A DNA stretch of 64,000 bases from an uncultured delta proteobacterium (GTDB taxonomy: Bacteria > Desulfobacterota > Desulfomonilia > Desulfomonilales > Desulfomonilaceae), in contig CAWBKB010000004.1 of NCBI GenBank assembly GCA_963789265.1, positions 192,001 through 256,000 of the forward strand, read 5' to 3'. The notes beneath the pieces are model-generated. The model worked only from the letters and a program-made list of their open reading frames with translations, searched no databases and was not told the origin of the DNA. The position numbers were made by a program, and so were the translations under genes. Positions 29,505 through 40,035 of this stretch are shown here, in pieces (the first letter of the stretch is position 1; every line of letters starts with the position of its first letter).

Positions 29505-30605
29505 TCAGGAGAGAGTCCTGGGGCACAGCTTCTCGATGCGCAAAGTGAGTGGCCAGGGCGGGTCCGCAGGCTGTTCGGCAGACTTCAGCCTGACAACGCC
29601 GTAGCCCTTCTGCCGGTAATTCTCGTCATCGTGCATGACCACGGCCTTAGGAACAAATTTCAATTGATATCCGGCGTCAAACAATCTCTTTGAAAAGGAC
29701 ACATCTTCGCCCTGATAAAACCCCAGATCGTCGTTCCAGGCATGATCTTGGAATATGAAATCCTTGTATATTCCATATCCTCCCGTAACATATTGGCATT
29801 TGTCGAAGGCTTCATGGTAGGCCCTCAGAAAAGTGTAGTTTTCAATGATACTTACCCAATCGCAGTATCGGGAGAGATCCGGGTTCACTATAATTCCCGT
29901 GGCAATGTCAAAGTCCCCATTAATGTCCTCCACAGCTTCAGCCCACTTCGGATGTAGTAAGAAATCGTCATCCAAGCTCACGAATTTGTTGAACGCTGCG
30001 GCTCTTGCGAGAACATTGCGCATGGCGCCCAGCCGTCCCTCGGAAGCGGCTCGGTCCATGGGAAACTTTCTGATCCCGTCGTCCGTCCTGAGCCCGTCCA
30101 CACAACCGGCTATGAGGATTTCGTAACGTTCTTCGGCGAGATTCTGATTTCTTATAGACTCTATTAGATTAGCTAACTTTTCGTTGCGTTTGCCGTTGGT
30201 GATGATCCCGAAGCTGTAGCCATGCGGCTTCGAGGATTTTTTGGTCCTGCCGGGAACGGTTGGCGGCAACGCTTTGCCAAAATCGTTCAACAGCGAGATC
30301 CTCTGGGTTAGAGTAAGAATTTCGAGCCTGTGAATAGCAGCAATATCATCTTGAATTTCATTACGCAGGATGTCGATTTCTTGCTTCAACAAGGCCAAGT
30401 CTTTATCGTCCGCGTAACGCATATCAGTGCGTAAAGTTTCGATCTCGCTTTTCACTGAGTTTATGTCACTAAAACGATCTCTTTGTGCCACCTCACGCAA
30501 TTCCTTGAGTTCTCTCTTCAAGATCTGTATTTGTTCGTTTTCGCATGTTGGAAAAATCCTTCTGAGAATCGCGCCCACTCTGTATCGGAGACGCTGAGCA
30601 ATCAT
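29505..30605 (-). CDS. GT2-family glycosyltransferase with N-terminal coiled coil
   Basis: SFGIITNG, GAMRN, SLDDD and GEDV motifs. Confidence 0.75.
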   Translation of the reverse strand: MIAQRLRYRVGAILRRIFPTCENEQIQILKRELKELREVAQRDRFSDINSVKSEIETLRTDMRYADDKDLALLKQEIDILRNEIQDDIAAIHRLEILTLTQRISLLNDFGKALPPTVPGRTKKSSKPHGYSFGIITNGKRNEKLANLIESIRNQNLAEERYEILIAGCVDGLRTDDGIRKFPMDRAASEGRLGAMRNVLARAAAFNKFVSLDDDFLLHPKWAEAVEDINGDFDIATGIIVNPDLSRYCDWVSIIENYTFLRAYHEAFDKCQYVTGGYGIYKDFIFQDHAWNDDLGFYQGEDVSFSKRLFDAGYQLKFVPKAVVMHDDENYRQKGYGVVRLKSAEQPADPPWPLTLRIEKLCPRTLS

Positions 30606-31112
30606 GCTGTTTCCTCCTGAGCTTACAACTTCAACTGGAATTGCAGTAATAACCGGGCAGGCCCAACCTGCTCGGGTTTACCGGTCACGCCGTCTCCCTC
30701 GAGCGCCACTCAGAATATTCATAGTAAGTGAGGTCAGATATGCTTCTCCGGCCCAAGAGCGAGCCCAATACCATAATCAGCCGTTCCAACAGGCCAATTC
30801 TTAAGTTGTGGTCTTATGAGGAGCCCAAATTCGGTTTTGCCCGGCTGCTGTCGCTGCCGGGGGGCTCGGCCCTCTCAAATGTAGAGCTTATCTTAATCCA
30901 TATGATAATAGAGGAGACTCAGCAGGAATTCAATATGTTTTTTCGCTTCGCCGTGCTATCCCCAGTACTCTGAAGCCCAAATTCGGTCACGTATTCCGGT
31001 TTCATTGCCGCCGTTCCCGGTTACGCAAGAATCCATTGCAAGGGCACCTATCGTGGGTGCTCGCGACAGGGCGGACACAATCTCGCGTCGCGCGACGGGA
31101 CTGCACCTACCA

Positions 31113-31610
31113 TCAAGCCTTGGGCGATAATTGCCTCGATTCAACGGTCACGTCTTTTATATCCGTCACCATATCCGCTGCGTCGATAATCAATTGAGGC
31201 GGATCTTCGCCCGTCATGATGACATGCACATCCTCCGGACGCTTCGACAAGAAGTCGACCACCTCGTTTGCTGCGATTGCATCATGAGCAAGGAAGTACA
31301 TGAAGTCGCTCAGGACTACCATCTGGTAGCTTCCGGATCCGATCGTTTCTTTGACGAATTGCCAGGCTTTTTGCGCGGCGTCAGGGTCGGGCCATCCGGA
31401 TTTGCTCCGCGAACCGCTTGCTAATGCGTGCACGGCCAGTAAATCTCCGAACTGTTCAGATGAAAGGGATCGGCTGATCCACCGGTCACTTCCGAACTCG
31501 ATCACGCAGACTCTAAGCCCTTGCCCGAGAGCCCTAAAGACTTGCCCGAAAGCTGAAACACTCTTGTCTTTTGCAGAGCCGGTCAGGATTATAAGCAATC
31601 CCTTCTTCAT
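31113..31610 (-). CDS. CobO/BtuR-like cob(I)alamin adenosyltransferase homolog with degenerate motifs
   Basis: KGLLIILTG..K.K..SAFGQVFRALGQGLRV and RPEDVHVIMTG..P..IIDAADMVT. Confidence 0.75.
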   Translation of the reverse strand: MKKGLLIILTGSAKDKSVSAFGQVFRALGQGLRVCVIEFGSDRWISRSLSSEQFGDLLAVHALASGSRSKSGWPDPDAAQKAWQFVKETIGSGSYQMVVLSDFMYFLAHDAIAANEVVDFLSKRPEDVHVIMTGEDPPQLIIDAADMVTDIKDVTVESRQLSPKA

Positions 31611-31871
31611 GAGATTCTCCCCCGGCCCTTCTTCCAACCAATCTCTGGAAGTTTGACCCGTGTCCCTCCTTCCAAGGAGGAAAGGGCAATTCGCGTAGCA
31701 GCCGAATCGGCTTTGACCAAAATTCGTATAAGTTGGCCACAGTGCATACAATTTGCAAAGAAGAGTGTCGTTGGTGGCATGCTTTACCTTAAGTGTGTCA
31801 TGCGCTTGACCGCGAAGACACCGGGAATTAATGTTTAATTATAATTCCGTCTCCGCCGCGGAGAGGAAACA

Positions 31872-32162
31872 ATGTTTCGCGAAATGGAGGAGAACGAAAT
31901 GGAAGGGGCACACGAACACGCGCATGAGCATGCACACGAACATGGACATAGTCACACCCACGAACACATGCACGGAAGCGAAACCCACACGCATGAACAT
32001 GTCCATAGCCATAGCCACGAACACGAGCACACACACTCTCACGAGCATGAGCACCAGGAAGGCACTTTGGCTCATGCTCACGAACACACAGGTGATCACG
32101 GTTCCCATGACCATGTTCATGTTCGCCACGAGGCCGAAACTCACGACCATGTTCATGTGTGA
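31872..32162 (+). CDS. His/Glu-rich putative metal-binding protein
   Basis: Near-continuous H-x-H-x-H repeats, RBS GAGAGGA. Confidence 0.75.
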   Translation: MFREMEENEMEGAHEHAHEHAHEHGHSHTHEHMHGSETHTHEHVHSHSHEHEHTHSHEHEHQEGTLAHAHEHTGDHGSHDHVHVRHEAETHDHVHV

Positions 32163-32210
32163 AGCGCCGCGCATGCGCTGAAGTTCATGAGTGTGGTTCC
32201 ATAATTGAAC

Positions 32211-32672
32211 TTACTCTGATGACGATTTAACAGTCAGCACAGGGCAATTCGCGGTACGCACCACGTTTTCTGCGGTGCTACCGAGGACCAGATGTTTGAA
32301 GCCGGTCCACCCGTGTGTACCCATAATTATAAGATCAACTGATTCTTGCTCGGCGAAACGGACTATTTCGTTAGCTGGTACACCGATCCGGGAATAAGTG
32401 GTCACGTCACTGAGCGTTTTTTTACACTCTTCCACCAGTGCCGCAAATCCCTTTTCGACCGATTCTTCTAGAGCTTTAAGCACTTCTTGGACATTAACCG
32501 GGACCGCCATCTCGAATGCAGGAAATCCCAGCCTCGAAGAGTTGACCACGTGCAAAATGGCAAGTCTGGCTCCAAAGGCTTGAGCATAGTCGATCGCGAT
32601 CTCACGCGCGGGGCGTGAGTTTTCCGAGAAGTCCGTGCATAGTAGGATATTTTTCGGAATCATTACATTCAT
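32211..32672 (-). CDS. Universal stress protein (UspA family)
   Basis: ILLCTDFSENS and DLIIMGTHG...LGSTAENVVRTANCPVLTV. Confidence 0.93.
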   Translation of the reverse strand: MNVMIPKNILLCTDFSENSRPAREIAIDYAQAFGARLAILHVVNSSRLGFPAFEMAVPVNVQEVLKALEESVEKGFAALVEECKKTLSDVTTYSRIGVPANEIVRFAEQESVDLIIMGTHGWTGFKHLVLGSTAENVVRTANCPVLTVKSSSE

Positions 32673-32864
32673 CCCCTTTCAGCGTCAGCCCGTGTAATTT
32701 GATCATAGCACTCAAGCGGTAGCGTGATGCCCTCACCATACCAGAATTGCCTCAGAATCAAAATTTGTTATCTTACGGAAGCAACGCGCGGGGTCCCGGT
32801 TCCAAATTCACTGTTCCAGTTAATTGAGACGGGGCCCCAATCGAAAAGGTCGAAAAGAGAGCAA

Positions 32865-34038
32865 TGGATGAACCCTTCTCACAATAAGAGTTTTAACCTC
32901 CAGATCTTGCTGATTTTGGCATTGGGCCATCTCGTGACCGACATTTACCAAGGCGCGCTACCGGCAGTCCTTCCCTTCCTTAAAACGAAGCTTGCCATTT
33001 CCTATACGATGGCCGGCGTGATTATGATGGCCGCGAATTTTACCTCCTCGGTCGTCCAGCCGGTGTTCGGCTATTTGTCGGACAAGAAGGAGAAGATGTT
33101 CTTGCTGCCGCTGGGCAGTTTCCTGGCGGGCGCAGGCATGTGCCTTGTCTCCGTGCCCGACAATTACCTCCTGGTCCTGTTTCTGGTAGTAGTCAGCGGC
33201 CTGGGAGTGGCCGCCTACCACCCTGAAGGTTACAAAACCGCCTATTTCTTCACCGGCGACAACGTGGCTACCGGGATGTCGGTCTTTTCCGTGGGCGGCA
33301 ACTTGGGTTTTGCTCTGGGACCTATAATTTCGCTTTCCATTATCACGTATCTGGGATTTGGTTACTTCCCCTTGATGGTGATCTTTTCTCTTATATTTCT
33401 TTCGCTTCTGCTTTACGCGTGGAATTCCCTTGCCCGTAAAAAGCCGGATGTGGCCATGCGAGCGAAGGGCATGGAGGCAGCGCGAAAAGGGGCGTACAGT
33501 TTCTCTTTTTCTCATTATCGGGACTGTGATTATGAGATCCTGGACCCAGATCGGGCTCATGACCTATATTCCCTTCTATTACATTGACATTTTAAAAGGA
33601 GAGCCTCTGTACGCAGGCAAGCTCGTGTCAGCCCTTCTTCTCGGGGGTGTTGTGGGCACAATCGCGGGCTCCATTATAGCCGACAGAATCGGCCACAAGA
33701 GGTACCTGATTCTTTCCATGGCCCTTACAAGCCTTTTATTCCCTCTGATCTTCGTAGCACACGGTTTCATGCTGTTCATCACTCTTGGCGTGTTCGGCAT
33801 GGTGCTGATTTCCACATTCACCGTCACTATCGTAATGGCGCAACAGCTTCTGCCCAGAAATCTGGGAATCGCATCCGGGCTCATGGTGGGATTTGCAATC
33901 GGCACGGGCGGACTTGGCGTAACAATACTAGGAGTGATCGCGGATCATTTTGGGGTGCTGAATGCTTTGAAATCCATAATGGTCCTGCCGGTGGCAGGGC
34001 TATTGCTCTGCCTGCCGATCAGGTATCAGGGGAATTAA
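32865..34038 (+). CDS. MFS transporter, Fsr (fosmidomycin-resistance)-like; apparent frameshift near 33498
   Basis: GHLVTDIYQG, QPVFGYLSD, AAYHPEG, GGNLGFALGP and ASGLMVGFAIG. Confidence 0.85.
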
Positions 34039-34140
34039 CGACCTTAGTTCTTACCAACTCCCATGATGGAGAGCATCACAACCGGACATGAAAACACCAG
34101 TAGGATTGTTCCGCGCTCAACGCGGGAATGCCGGTAGCTG

Positions 34141-34557
34141 TCACGCGTATTCCCCTGCCTCCCAAATCTCCTCACGCGTAGAGGACTCGATGCGACATTC
34201 TTCGCAGATCCCTCGGAGCCAATGGACCATTGTCTTTTGGAGTCCGATGAAACTTTTGGGCTTGCCTTCGCTGCAGATTTCCCATTCTCCGTCCGCACGG
34301 CAGTAATTTGGAGTAAAGGTGTCACGTTGAGTGTCGCAGTCGATCTGCACTGCGTGACGGCTCTGTGTATCCTCGAAGTATATCCGAACCACTTCGAGAT
34401 CTTTATCGAAGATCCATCCGGATTTGACAAATCCGAACGGTGCGACTATCGGACTGAATTCCTTGATAACATCGTTGGCAAATTGTTCCCGTACCAGCCC
34501 TTGAGCCGCATCAATCCTGTCCCCGTAAATTCTGAATTTAGCTTCAGTCGCCATCAT
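34141..34557 (-). CDS. Hypothetical protein (138 aa)
   Basis: Clean ORF with plausible RBS. No motif recognised. Confidence 0.55.
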   Translation of the reverse strand: MMATEAKFRIYGDRIDAAQGLVREQFANDVIKEFSPIVAPFGFVKSGWIFDKDLEVVRIYFEDTQSRHAVQIDCDTQRDTFTPNYCRADGEWEICSEGKPKSFIGLQKTMVHWLRGICEECRIESSTREEIWEAGEYA

Positions 34558-34653
34558 CCATCACCGCCTTTCGGGTTTTTCGCACTTGCCAAACATTTTG
34601 TTCGATTCGGAAGATAAAATCCTGGGATTGTAGGGGCGGTCCCGCGAGACGCG

Positions 34654-34834
34654 CATGGGCGTTAAGTTAACGATTTATACCCCCCTTTCGTAAAGGGGGG
34701 CCAGGGGGGATTTTGGGATAACTCATTGAAAATCCCCCTAAGTCCCCCTTTAGAAAAGGGGGACTTTGATCGCCCTTGGCCTGCTGCATTTACCTCTTGA
34801 AAAGGAACGAAATTGCCTTAAGTTAACGCCTATG
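34654..34834. mobile_element. 181-bp MITE with 17-bp imperfect TIRs and 11-bp target duplication, inserted in a REP palindrome
   Basis: Left end CATGGGCGTTAAGTTAA; right end reverse-complement CATAGGCGTTAACTTAA. CGCGAGACGCG is duplicated at 34643-34653 and 34835-34845. Confidence 0.8.
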
Positions 34835-35019
34835 CGCGAGACGCGGGACCGCCCTGGGCGAATGCCATTCGCCCCTACAACGTCCGACGAAAAAAACCCC
34901 GTTTATGGCAACTGCTCTATGTGCATCAGGTTCCCGATCGGATACCATTTTCTCAACTACCCTAAAATATGCACTTTCGGCTGAGAGGCAATCGACCAAT
35001 TTGATGCGGTCGGTGGCAC

Positions 35020-36663
35020 TCAGGAATTCTTGGAGCGCGGGACTATTCTCCACAGACGGAACCTCGGTGTTGCGTCAGCATCCGGGATGGCTTCCAGGTC
35101 CAATCCCAGGCTTCGCAAGGCCCTTACCGTTTCATCGAAAAGGGCTTGATCGTGGGCATCCGAAAAGAGATATGCAGGCTTACGAGACGTGATTAAATGT
35201 TGGAGCTTTGTCTGATTCCTAACCCAAGTCTGTTTTAGAGAAACGCCTGAGTGTATCAACTCGATCGTGGGTCTTGCTGATAGATAATGAAGCACCCTTG
35301 GATGCATTGACATCACTACATCGTCCGAAGTGTGCTCGCGAAGCCAAAAAGCAGCCTTAAAATATGGGAGATCCCGAACCGATTCAGCGCCCCCTCTTTG
35401 AATTGCAGTGCGTGCATGGAGCACAGTTATAAAGTTGTGTCCAAGGTTGAGAACCGCCAGTAGTAAAAAGATGCCGACCAGGACACTTGCAGGCCGTGCC
35501 AATCCGCCGGCGGAAACCCGGAATCTTTCGTTCGCCCATTGAGAAGCTCTCAACAGGCCCAATGCCAGGAACAGATACAGCCCGGGAAGGAGTAGAATCA
35601 GGTATCGGCTTCCAGCCGGCATCAGAAACAGAGCGCCGAATTGAATTACCGTCAACGGTATAAAAAGCCGCTCACGACGACGAACAGCCACCCACATCCC
35701 GACAAGAATCAGGCAAGGCAAAATCCATTCCAGGAAGCCCGTTTTGATGACCGCTCCGGAAAGCGCGTAGGTCGTTTCCTGAGCATATTCCCAGATGGAC
35801 GTTAATGTGACCTGTACCTGGTATGCCGGCGGTCTTCCGGTTATTGCAGCATAGTAAGTGCCTTCATTGACTGACCCGGGAAAATACGACTTGCATATTT
35901 CCCATGCTGCTATGGGAATGCTGCTCAGTAAAAGAAATAGACCGGTGTGAATTGCGCGGCGCAATCCCGTCGTTTCCTTCCAGGCGCAAAAAAGAAAAAA
36001 ACCTATGGCGGCCACTAGCCCAACGCCGTTGATCCGTATCAGTGGGGGTATTCCCGAAGCCAGAGCGGCCAGCACAGTCCAGTGCAGCCGCGCAGGATTC
36101 CTCGCCGCGGAGATAGCCGCATTTAAGCTGCAAATGCCGAAGAACGCGAAGGGAACATCTGATGCCGTGAAAGTGGAATTCTGCAACAGTACGTGATTTA
36201 TAGCAAAAAGCCCGCCCACCAGAAGTGCCGCATCCGGTCCGTAGAGTCTGAAAATCAACAAGTAGCCCGCGCCGGCCGTTAGCAGCCCTATCAAGGCCAT
36301 AAGTGCGCGATAGGTCAGAAAGCTCTTCCCGAAAAAGTGCGCGGCGACGGCCACGATGGCAGGGTAACCGGGCGGAACGTACGTGTGTGGCTCCCCGTTG
36401 AAGAGATACCCGTGTCCTGCAGCCAGGGATTCTCCCAATTCCAGGTACAGCGCACTGTCCGGAGTGGCCTTCCAGGAGCTGTTAACGACGAGGAGGAAGG
36501 GCACCACGGCGATAATTGCCAGCACGACAACGCGTTGTGCAGTGCACAGCCCTTTCAAACCGGAGCCCATATCACTGAATAAAGTAGATTCCAAAATTTG
36601 GCTGCCTTTGCAACTTTGAGGTTTTGGACTATGTTTCACGAGTTCCAACTCTGTATCGATCAT
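35020..36663 (-). CDS. GT-C type (ArnT/PMT-like) membrane glycosyltransferase
   Basis: TPDSALYLELGESL, PPGYP, SDVPF and many TM helices. Confidence 0.75.
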   Translation of the reverse strand: MIDTELELVKHSPKPQSCKGSQILESTLFSDMGSGLKGLCTAQRVVVLAIIAVVPFLLVVNSSWKATPDSALYLELGESLAAGHGYLFNGEPHTYVPPGYPAIVAVAAHFFGKSFLTYRALMALIGLLTAGAGYLLIFRLYGPDAALLVGGLFAINHVLLQNSTFTASDVPFAFFGICSLNAAISAARNPARLHWTVLAALASGIPPLIRINGVGLVAAIGFFLFCAWKETTGLRRAIHTGLFLLLSSIPIAAWEICKSYFPGSVNEGTYYAAITGRPPAYQVQVTLTSIWEYAQETTYALSGAVIKTGFLEWILPCLILVGMWVAVRRRERLFIPLTVIQFGALFLMPAGSRYLILLLPGLYLFLALGLLRASQWANERFRVSAGGLARPASVLVGIFLLLAVLNLGHNFITVLHARTAIQRGGAESVRDLPYFKAAFWLREHTSDDVVMSMHPRVLHYLSARPTIELIHSGVSLKQTWVRNQTKLQHLITSRKPAYLFSDAHDQALFDETVRALRSLGLDLEAIPDADATPRFRLWRIVPRSKNS

Positions 36664-37663
36664 GCAGGTACACGGCCGACGCGATAGGCAGACCCACTAG
36701 CCACAAGATCTTCGCCGGAACATTGGTCAAGAGGGTAAATTGCGACCGTAACCCGAAGCCGGAATGAAACGAAAACCGAGCATAATGAATCGCGCAGCGA
36801 AGGAAATACCACGGGTCGCAAAGGAACCAATCAATTTGTTCCGTCAGGACTGACTGAAGTGCCAGGCGCCCTTCAGCAGCATTATCTCCAGGCGAGCCTC
36901 CTCGAAGGAGCGATGGCTGGTCCTGCCAGTACACCCGTAACATTTCGTTAATGTATAGAGTCTTGTACACCCGTGCCATTCTGCACCATACTGTTGCTTC
37001 GGGGATGTATCTGACCTCAGGCTCAGGAAACGGGAATTCTTTCATCACAGACGTTCTAACGCAAAGCCACATCTCGTTCTTTATCTTAAACTTGTAGATC
37101 ATCTCCAGATGGTTCGAGGCCATAGCGTCGGCCGGAAACGGAACCCCAACAAGCCGTCCGTCCGAGTACCGGCACAGAGCGGTCACTCCGCAGAACAGGC
37201 CTCGATTGCTTTCATCAATGGCTTGCCAATGGTAAGCGAAACGCTCCAGGGCCTCCGGTACGCATGTGTCGTCCGAGTCCAATATGATGAAGAAGAAACC
37301 GAACGCTTCTCGGACCGCGTAGTTTGTCGCGACGTGCTTTCCTCTATTAGCCTGATAAAAATACCTTATAGGAAAGGAAGAAGATTCACTTTTCCAACTT
37401 TCGACAAGGCTGCAGGTGTCGTCCGATGATCCGTCATCCACTACGATCCATTCAAAATCCAGCAGCGTCTGTTCTTTCAAAGAGAGGTAGAGACGTCCCA
37501 AAGTATGAGCTCGATTATACGTCGGGGTGAATACCGTAAAAAGGGGCCGTGTTCTTTCCTGAAGGTTTGAAGACGTCTTCACCATAACTGTATTCTGAGG
37601 CATTATGCCGCGATCTCTCCATTCTGGGGTTTTACGGCCTGTCTCACAAACCCGGTTCGGCAC
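36629..37663 (-). CDS. GT2-family glycosyltransferase (true start probably downstream, near 37603)
   Basis: TVFTPTYNRAHTL, VVDDGSSD, NRGKH and LDSDD. Confidence 0.88.
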   Translation of the reverse strand: MPNRVCETGRKTPEWRDRGIMPQNTVMVKTSSNLQERTRPLFTVFTPTYNRAHTLGRLYLSLKEQTLLDFEWIVVDDGSSDDTCSLVESWKSESSSFPIRYFYQANRGKHVATNYAVREAFGFFFIILDSDDTCVPEALERFAYHWQAIDESNRGLFCGVTALCRYSDGRLVGVPFPADAMASNHLEMIYKFKIKNEMWLCVRTSVMKEFPFPEPEVRYIPEATVWCRMARVYKTLYINEMLRVYWQDQPSLLRGGSPGDNAAEGRLALQSVLTEQIDWFLCDPWYFLRCAIHYARFSFHSGFGLRSQFTLLTNVPAKILWLVGLPIASAVYLHDRYRVGTRET

Positions 37664-37687
37664 ATCCTGCCGGCACTTGACATTTTT

Positions 37688-39367
37688 TCAGGCACTTTCA
37701 TGAACCGGAAGCACTCCGGCGATCCAATTCTTCACACTTCCCCACCGGATATTGCGGGAATTCCGTTTCAGATATATTTTACCCATCGGAGTGAGGGCGC
37801 TCACGTACCGTTTCTCCAGATAAGGGGCCGCTTCCTCGCCTAGGCCCCATATTTGCACGACGACATCGGGTCGCAGTTCGCCTATTGAATATGAGTAATC
37901 CCACTTCAAATGACCCGGATAAAAGGCCCGATACTTGTAAAGCGGTTTGGAATCATAAGAGAGACGATGCATCTTCTCGTGGGCGATTTTCTTGTCGTTT
38001 TTCCCCAACATGTCTATCGCAGTTCGATTTGTGAAATATGGCACTGCGCCCGCTGCCAACACAGCTATAGTGGCATCAGGAGTGGTAATCCGGCTCAGAA
38101 GCATAGCCGTCTCCACCGACTTCTGTCCGGCATCCGTATAGGGCGTGTCAAGCAACAGCCATTCTCTGAATTCTTTTATTCCGGGGATGGCATTCAAACT
38201 AATCTGAGCGAAGAGAATGATGGCAATCGCACCCAGCGTAATACCTTTCTTGCTTAAAGAGATGGGCTTGACGGTCTCGGAATCCAGGAAAGTCCGCCGC
38301 ATATCGGCCAAGGTGCATCCCAGCAACATGAAGAAAGCCGGCAATGCTATGGTAAGATACCGATTCGAGCGCCCCCAGAAACTCCACGCGTCACCCCCCA
38401 CATATATGCTGTATAAGACTTGAGTGACATAGACCCATAACAGGAGCAGCACGCGAGTATCTTTACGCAGCAGGCGATAGACGAATGGCGCCAAAAACGC
38501 TAAGGGGAGTATTGTGCACAAAGGCTTAGACATCACGATTAGACCCCTTGAGATCCGGAGCAAGAACGGATAGCCGGTCATCTTGAGATAATACGTGTTT
38601 GGCAAGAATTCGCCGTAATACGCGAATCTAAAGGCGGTTTGCAGTAGAATAAAAGCGGAGAAAAACGTTAACCCGAGCCTGGCATTGCCTGCCCTGTTAC
38701 TCGAATCTACGACAAGAAGATAAGTCAAGATGCTGACGGCAGGAACAATCATGTCCGGCCGGACGAGCGTGGCGGCTCCCAGAACGAAATACAATGCATA
38801 GGAAGGCCGACCCTGACGGAGAGATCGCAACGCCAACCATATTGAGACGTCAACCAAACAGACCAACACGCTTACTTCCATCCCCCCTAAACTCCAGTAT
38901 ACCAGCGGATAGCAGAAAGCGGTCAGGAAAACAGCAGTTAAGGCGGCCAACCGATCGCCATCCGAAATGAAGTAGGCAATCTCTTTTACCAAGAATAGGT
39001 TGATCAAAAGAAATACCATGCCGCTGAGCTGGATCGGCAAACCAATCTTGGATGCAGATATCGGCAGAAGATGGAATAGGGCCATCCAAAGCACCCATAG
39101 AAAGTTGGTATAACCTTCCACTCTCGCTCCGCCGGGGTTCCAAACCAGGCCATGTCCATTGGCGAGATTCTTGGCGTACCTCATGGAAATCATGGCGTCG
39201 TCCAAAAGACTGAAAAACCTTTCTCCGTGGACCACAAAGCTCATGCGGTAGATGAAGAGCGAAGCGTATAAACAGTACGCTATCAGTATCAAGCCGAAAA
39301 GAACTTGGGCGGTCTTCCCGAAATCATCCGGCTCATACTGCGTTGGAGGGGAAACCCGGAATTTCAT
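37688..39367 (-). CDS. GT-C type membrane glycosyltransferase
   Basis: DDAMISMRYAKNLANGHGLVWNPG..VEGYTN, GME, RPD and YYGEFLPNTYYLK. Confidence 0.78.
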   Translation of the reverse strand: MKFRVSPPTQYEPDDFGKTAQVLFGLILIAYCLYASLFIYRMSFVVHGERFFSLLDDAMISMRYAKNLANGHGLVWNPGGARVEGYTNFLWVLWMALFHLLPISASKIGLPIQLSGMVFLLINLFLVKEIAYFISDGDRLAALTAVFLTAFCYPLVYWSLGGMEVSVLVCLVDVSIWLALRSLRQGRPSYALYFVLGAATLVRPDMIVPAVSILTYLLVVDSSNRAGNARLGLTFFSAFILLQTAFRFAYYGEFLPNTYYLKMTGYPFLLRISRGLIVMSKPLCTILPLAFLAPFVYRLLRKDTRVLLLLWVYVTQVLYSIYVGGDAWSFWGRSNRYLTIALPAFFMLLGCTLADMRRTFLDSETVKPISLSKKGITLGAIAIILFAQISLNAIPGIKEFREWLLLDTPYTDAGQKSVETAMLLSRITTPDATIAVLAAGAVPYFTNRTAIDMLGKNDKKIAHEKMHRLSYDSKPLYKYRAFYPGHLKWDYSYSIGELRPDVVVQIWGLGEEAAPYLEKRYVSALTPMGKIYLKRNSRNIRWGSVKNWIAGVLPVHESA

Positions 39368-39723
39368 ACCATGATCTCGCGTGCGGATAATCGGATGAAG
39401 ACTTTATACCATTTTTCAGCACGCATTTCCCGTGAGGCAGAGCGATGGCCGACAATTTTCCACTACCATCAGCCATGCTCATCTTGTATGCATTCAGTTA
39501 CAGCCGGAATTTGCCGGTGGTTTCGTGGGGTGGGCTTTCTAGCCCGCCATTGGACAGGGGTTTCCTCGGCAGGCTGTCTCGCGCCTCGCGGGACTGCCCC
39601 ACAAGATTGAATGGTTGCCTCATCTTTCCTTATTTTCTTGAATTCTACTGCTAAAATGTGCATCTGTTTAAGTAGCACGCTATGAGCATGGAGGGACTGA
39701 ATGGCCCCAAATGGAGGTTTTTC

Positions 39724-39948
39724 ATGCCTATTCTGAACTACAAGTGCCGAGAATGCGGCAAAGAATTTGCAAAAATATTCTTTGCCGAAGAAAATGCGCC
39801 CCACGAGTGCCCTGTTTGTCATGCTGAGGGGCCCGAAAAACTTGGGCCGGCCTTCAATCCGGATCGTGAGTCCTTGAAACGCCTCTTGTGTGTGTCGTGT
39901 GAAACTTGCGGAGATGAGGGTTTGTGCTCCGAAGCTCCGTCGTCCTGA
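39724..39948 (+). CDS. FmdB-family zinc-ribbon protein
   Basis: MPILNYKCRECG...CPVC plus a C-terminal CxxCxxC. RBS GGAGG. Confidence 0.85.
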   Translation: MPILNYKCRECGKEFAKIFFAEENAPHECPVCHAEGPEKLGPAFNPDRESLKRLLCVSCETCGDEGLCSEAPSS

Positions 39949-40035
39949 TAGGGAGATATCCCGGAGAGTTGCTCCGGCCCGATTGCAGTCTTTATCAGTG
40001 GTCAGTGACATTGCGACATCAACACGGAGAACCGT

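Noticed and set aside
31831..32181. Met/Thr-rich and Val/Cys-rich ORFs overlapping the His-rich gene
   Set aside because: Alternative frames of the same low-complexity repeat. Only the His frame has a good RBS and a plausible function.
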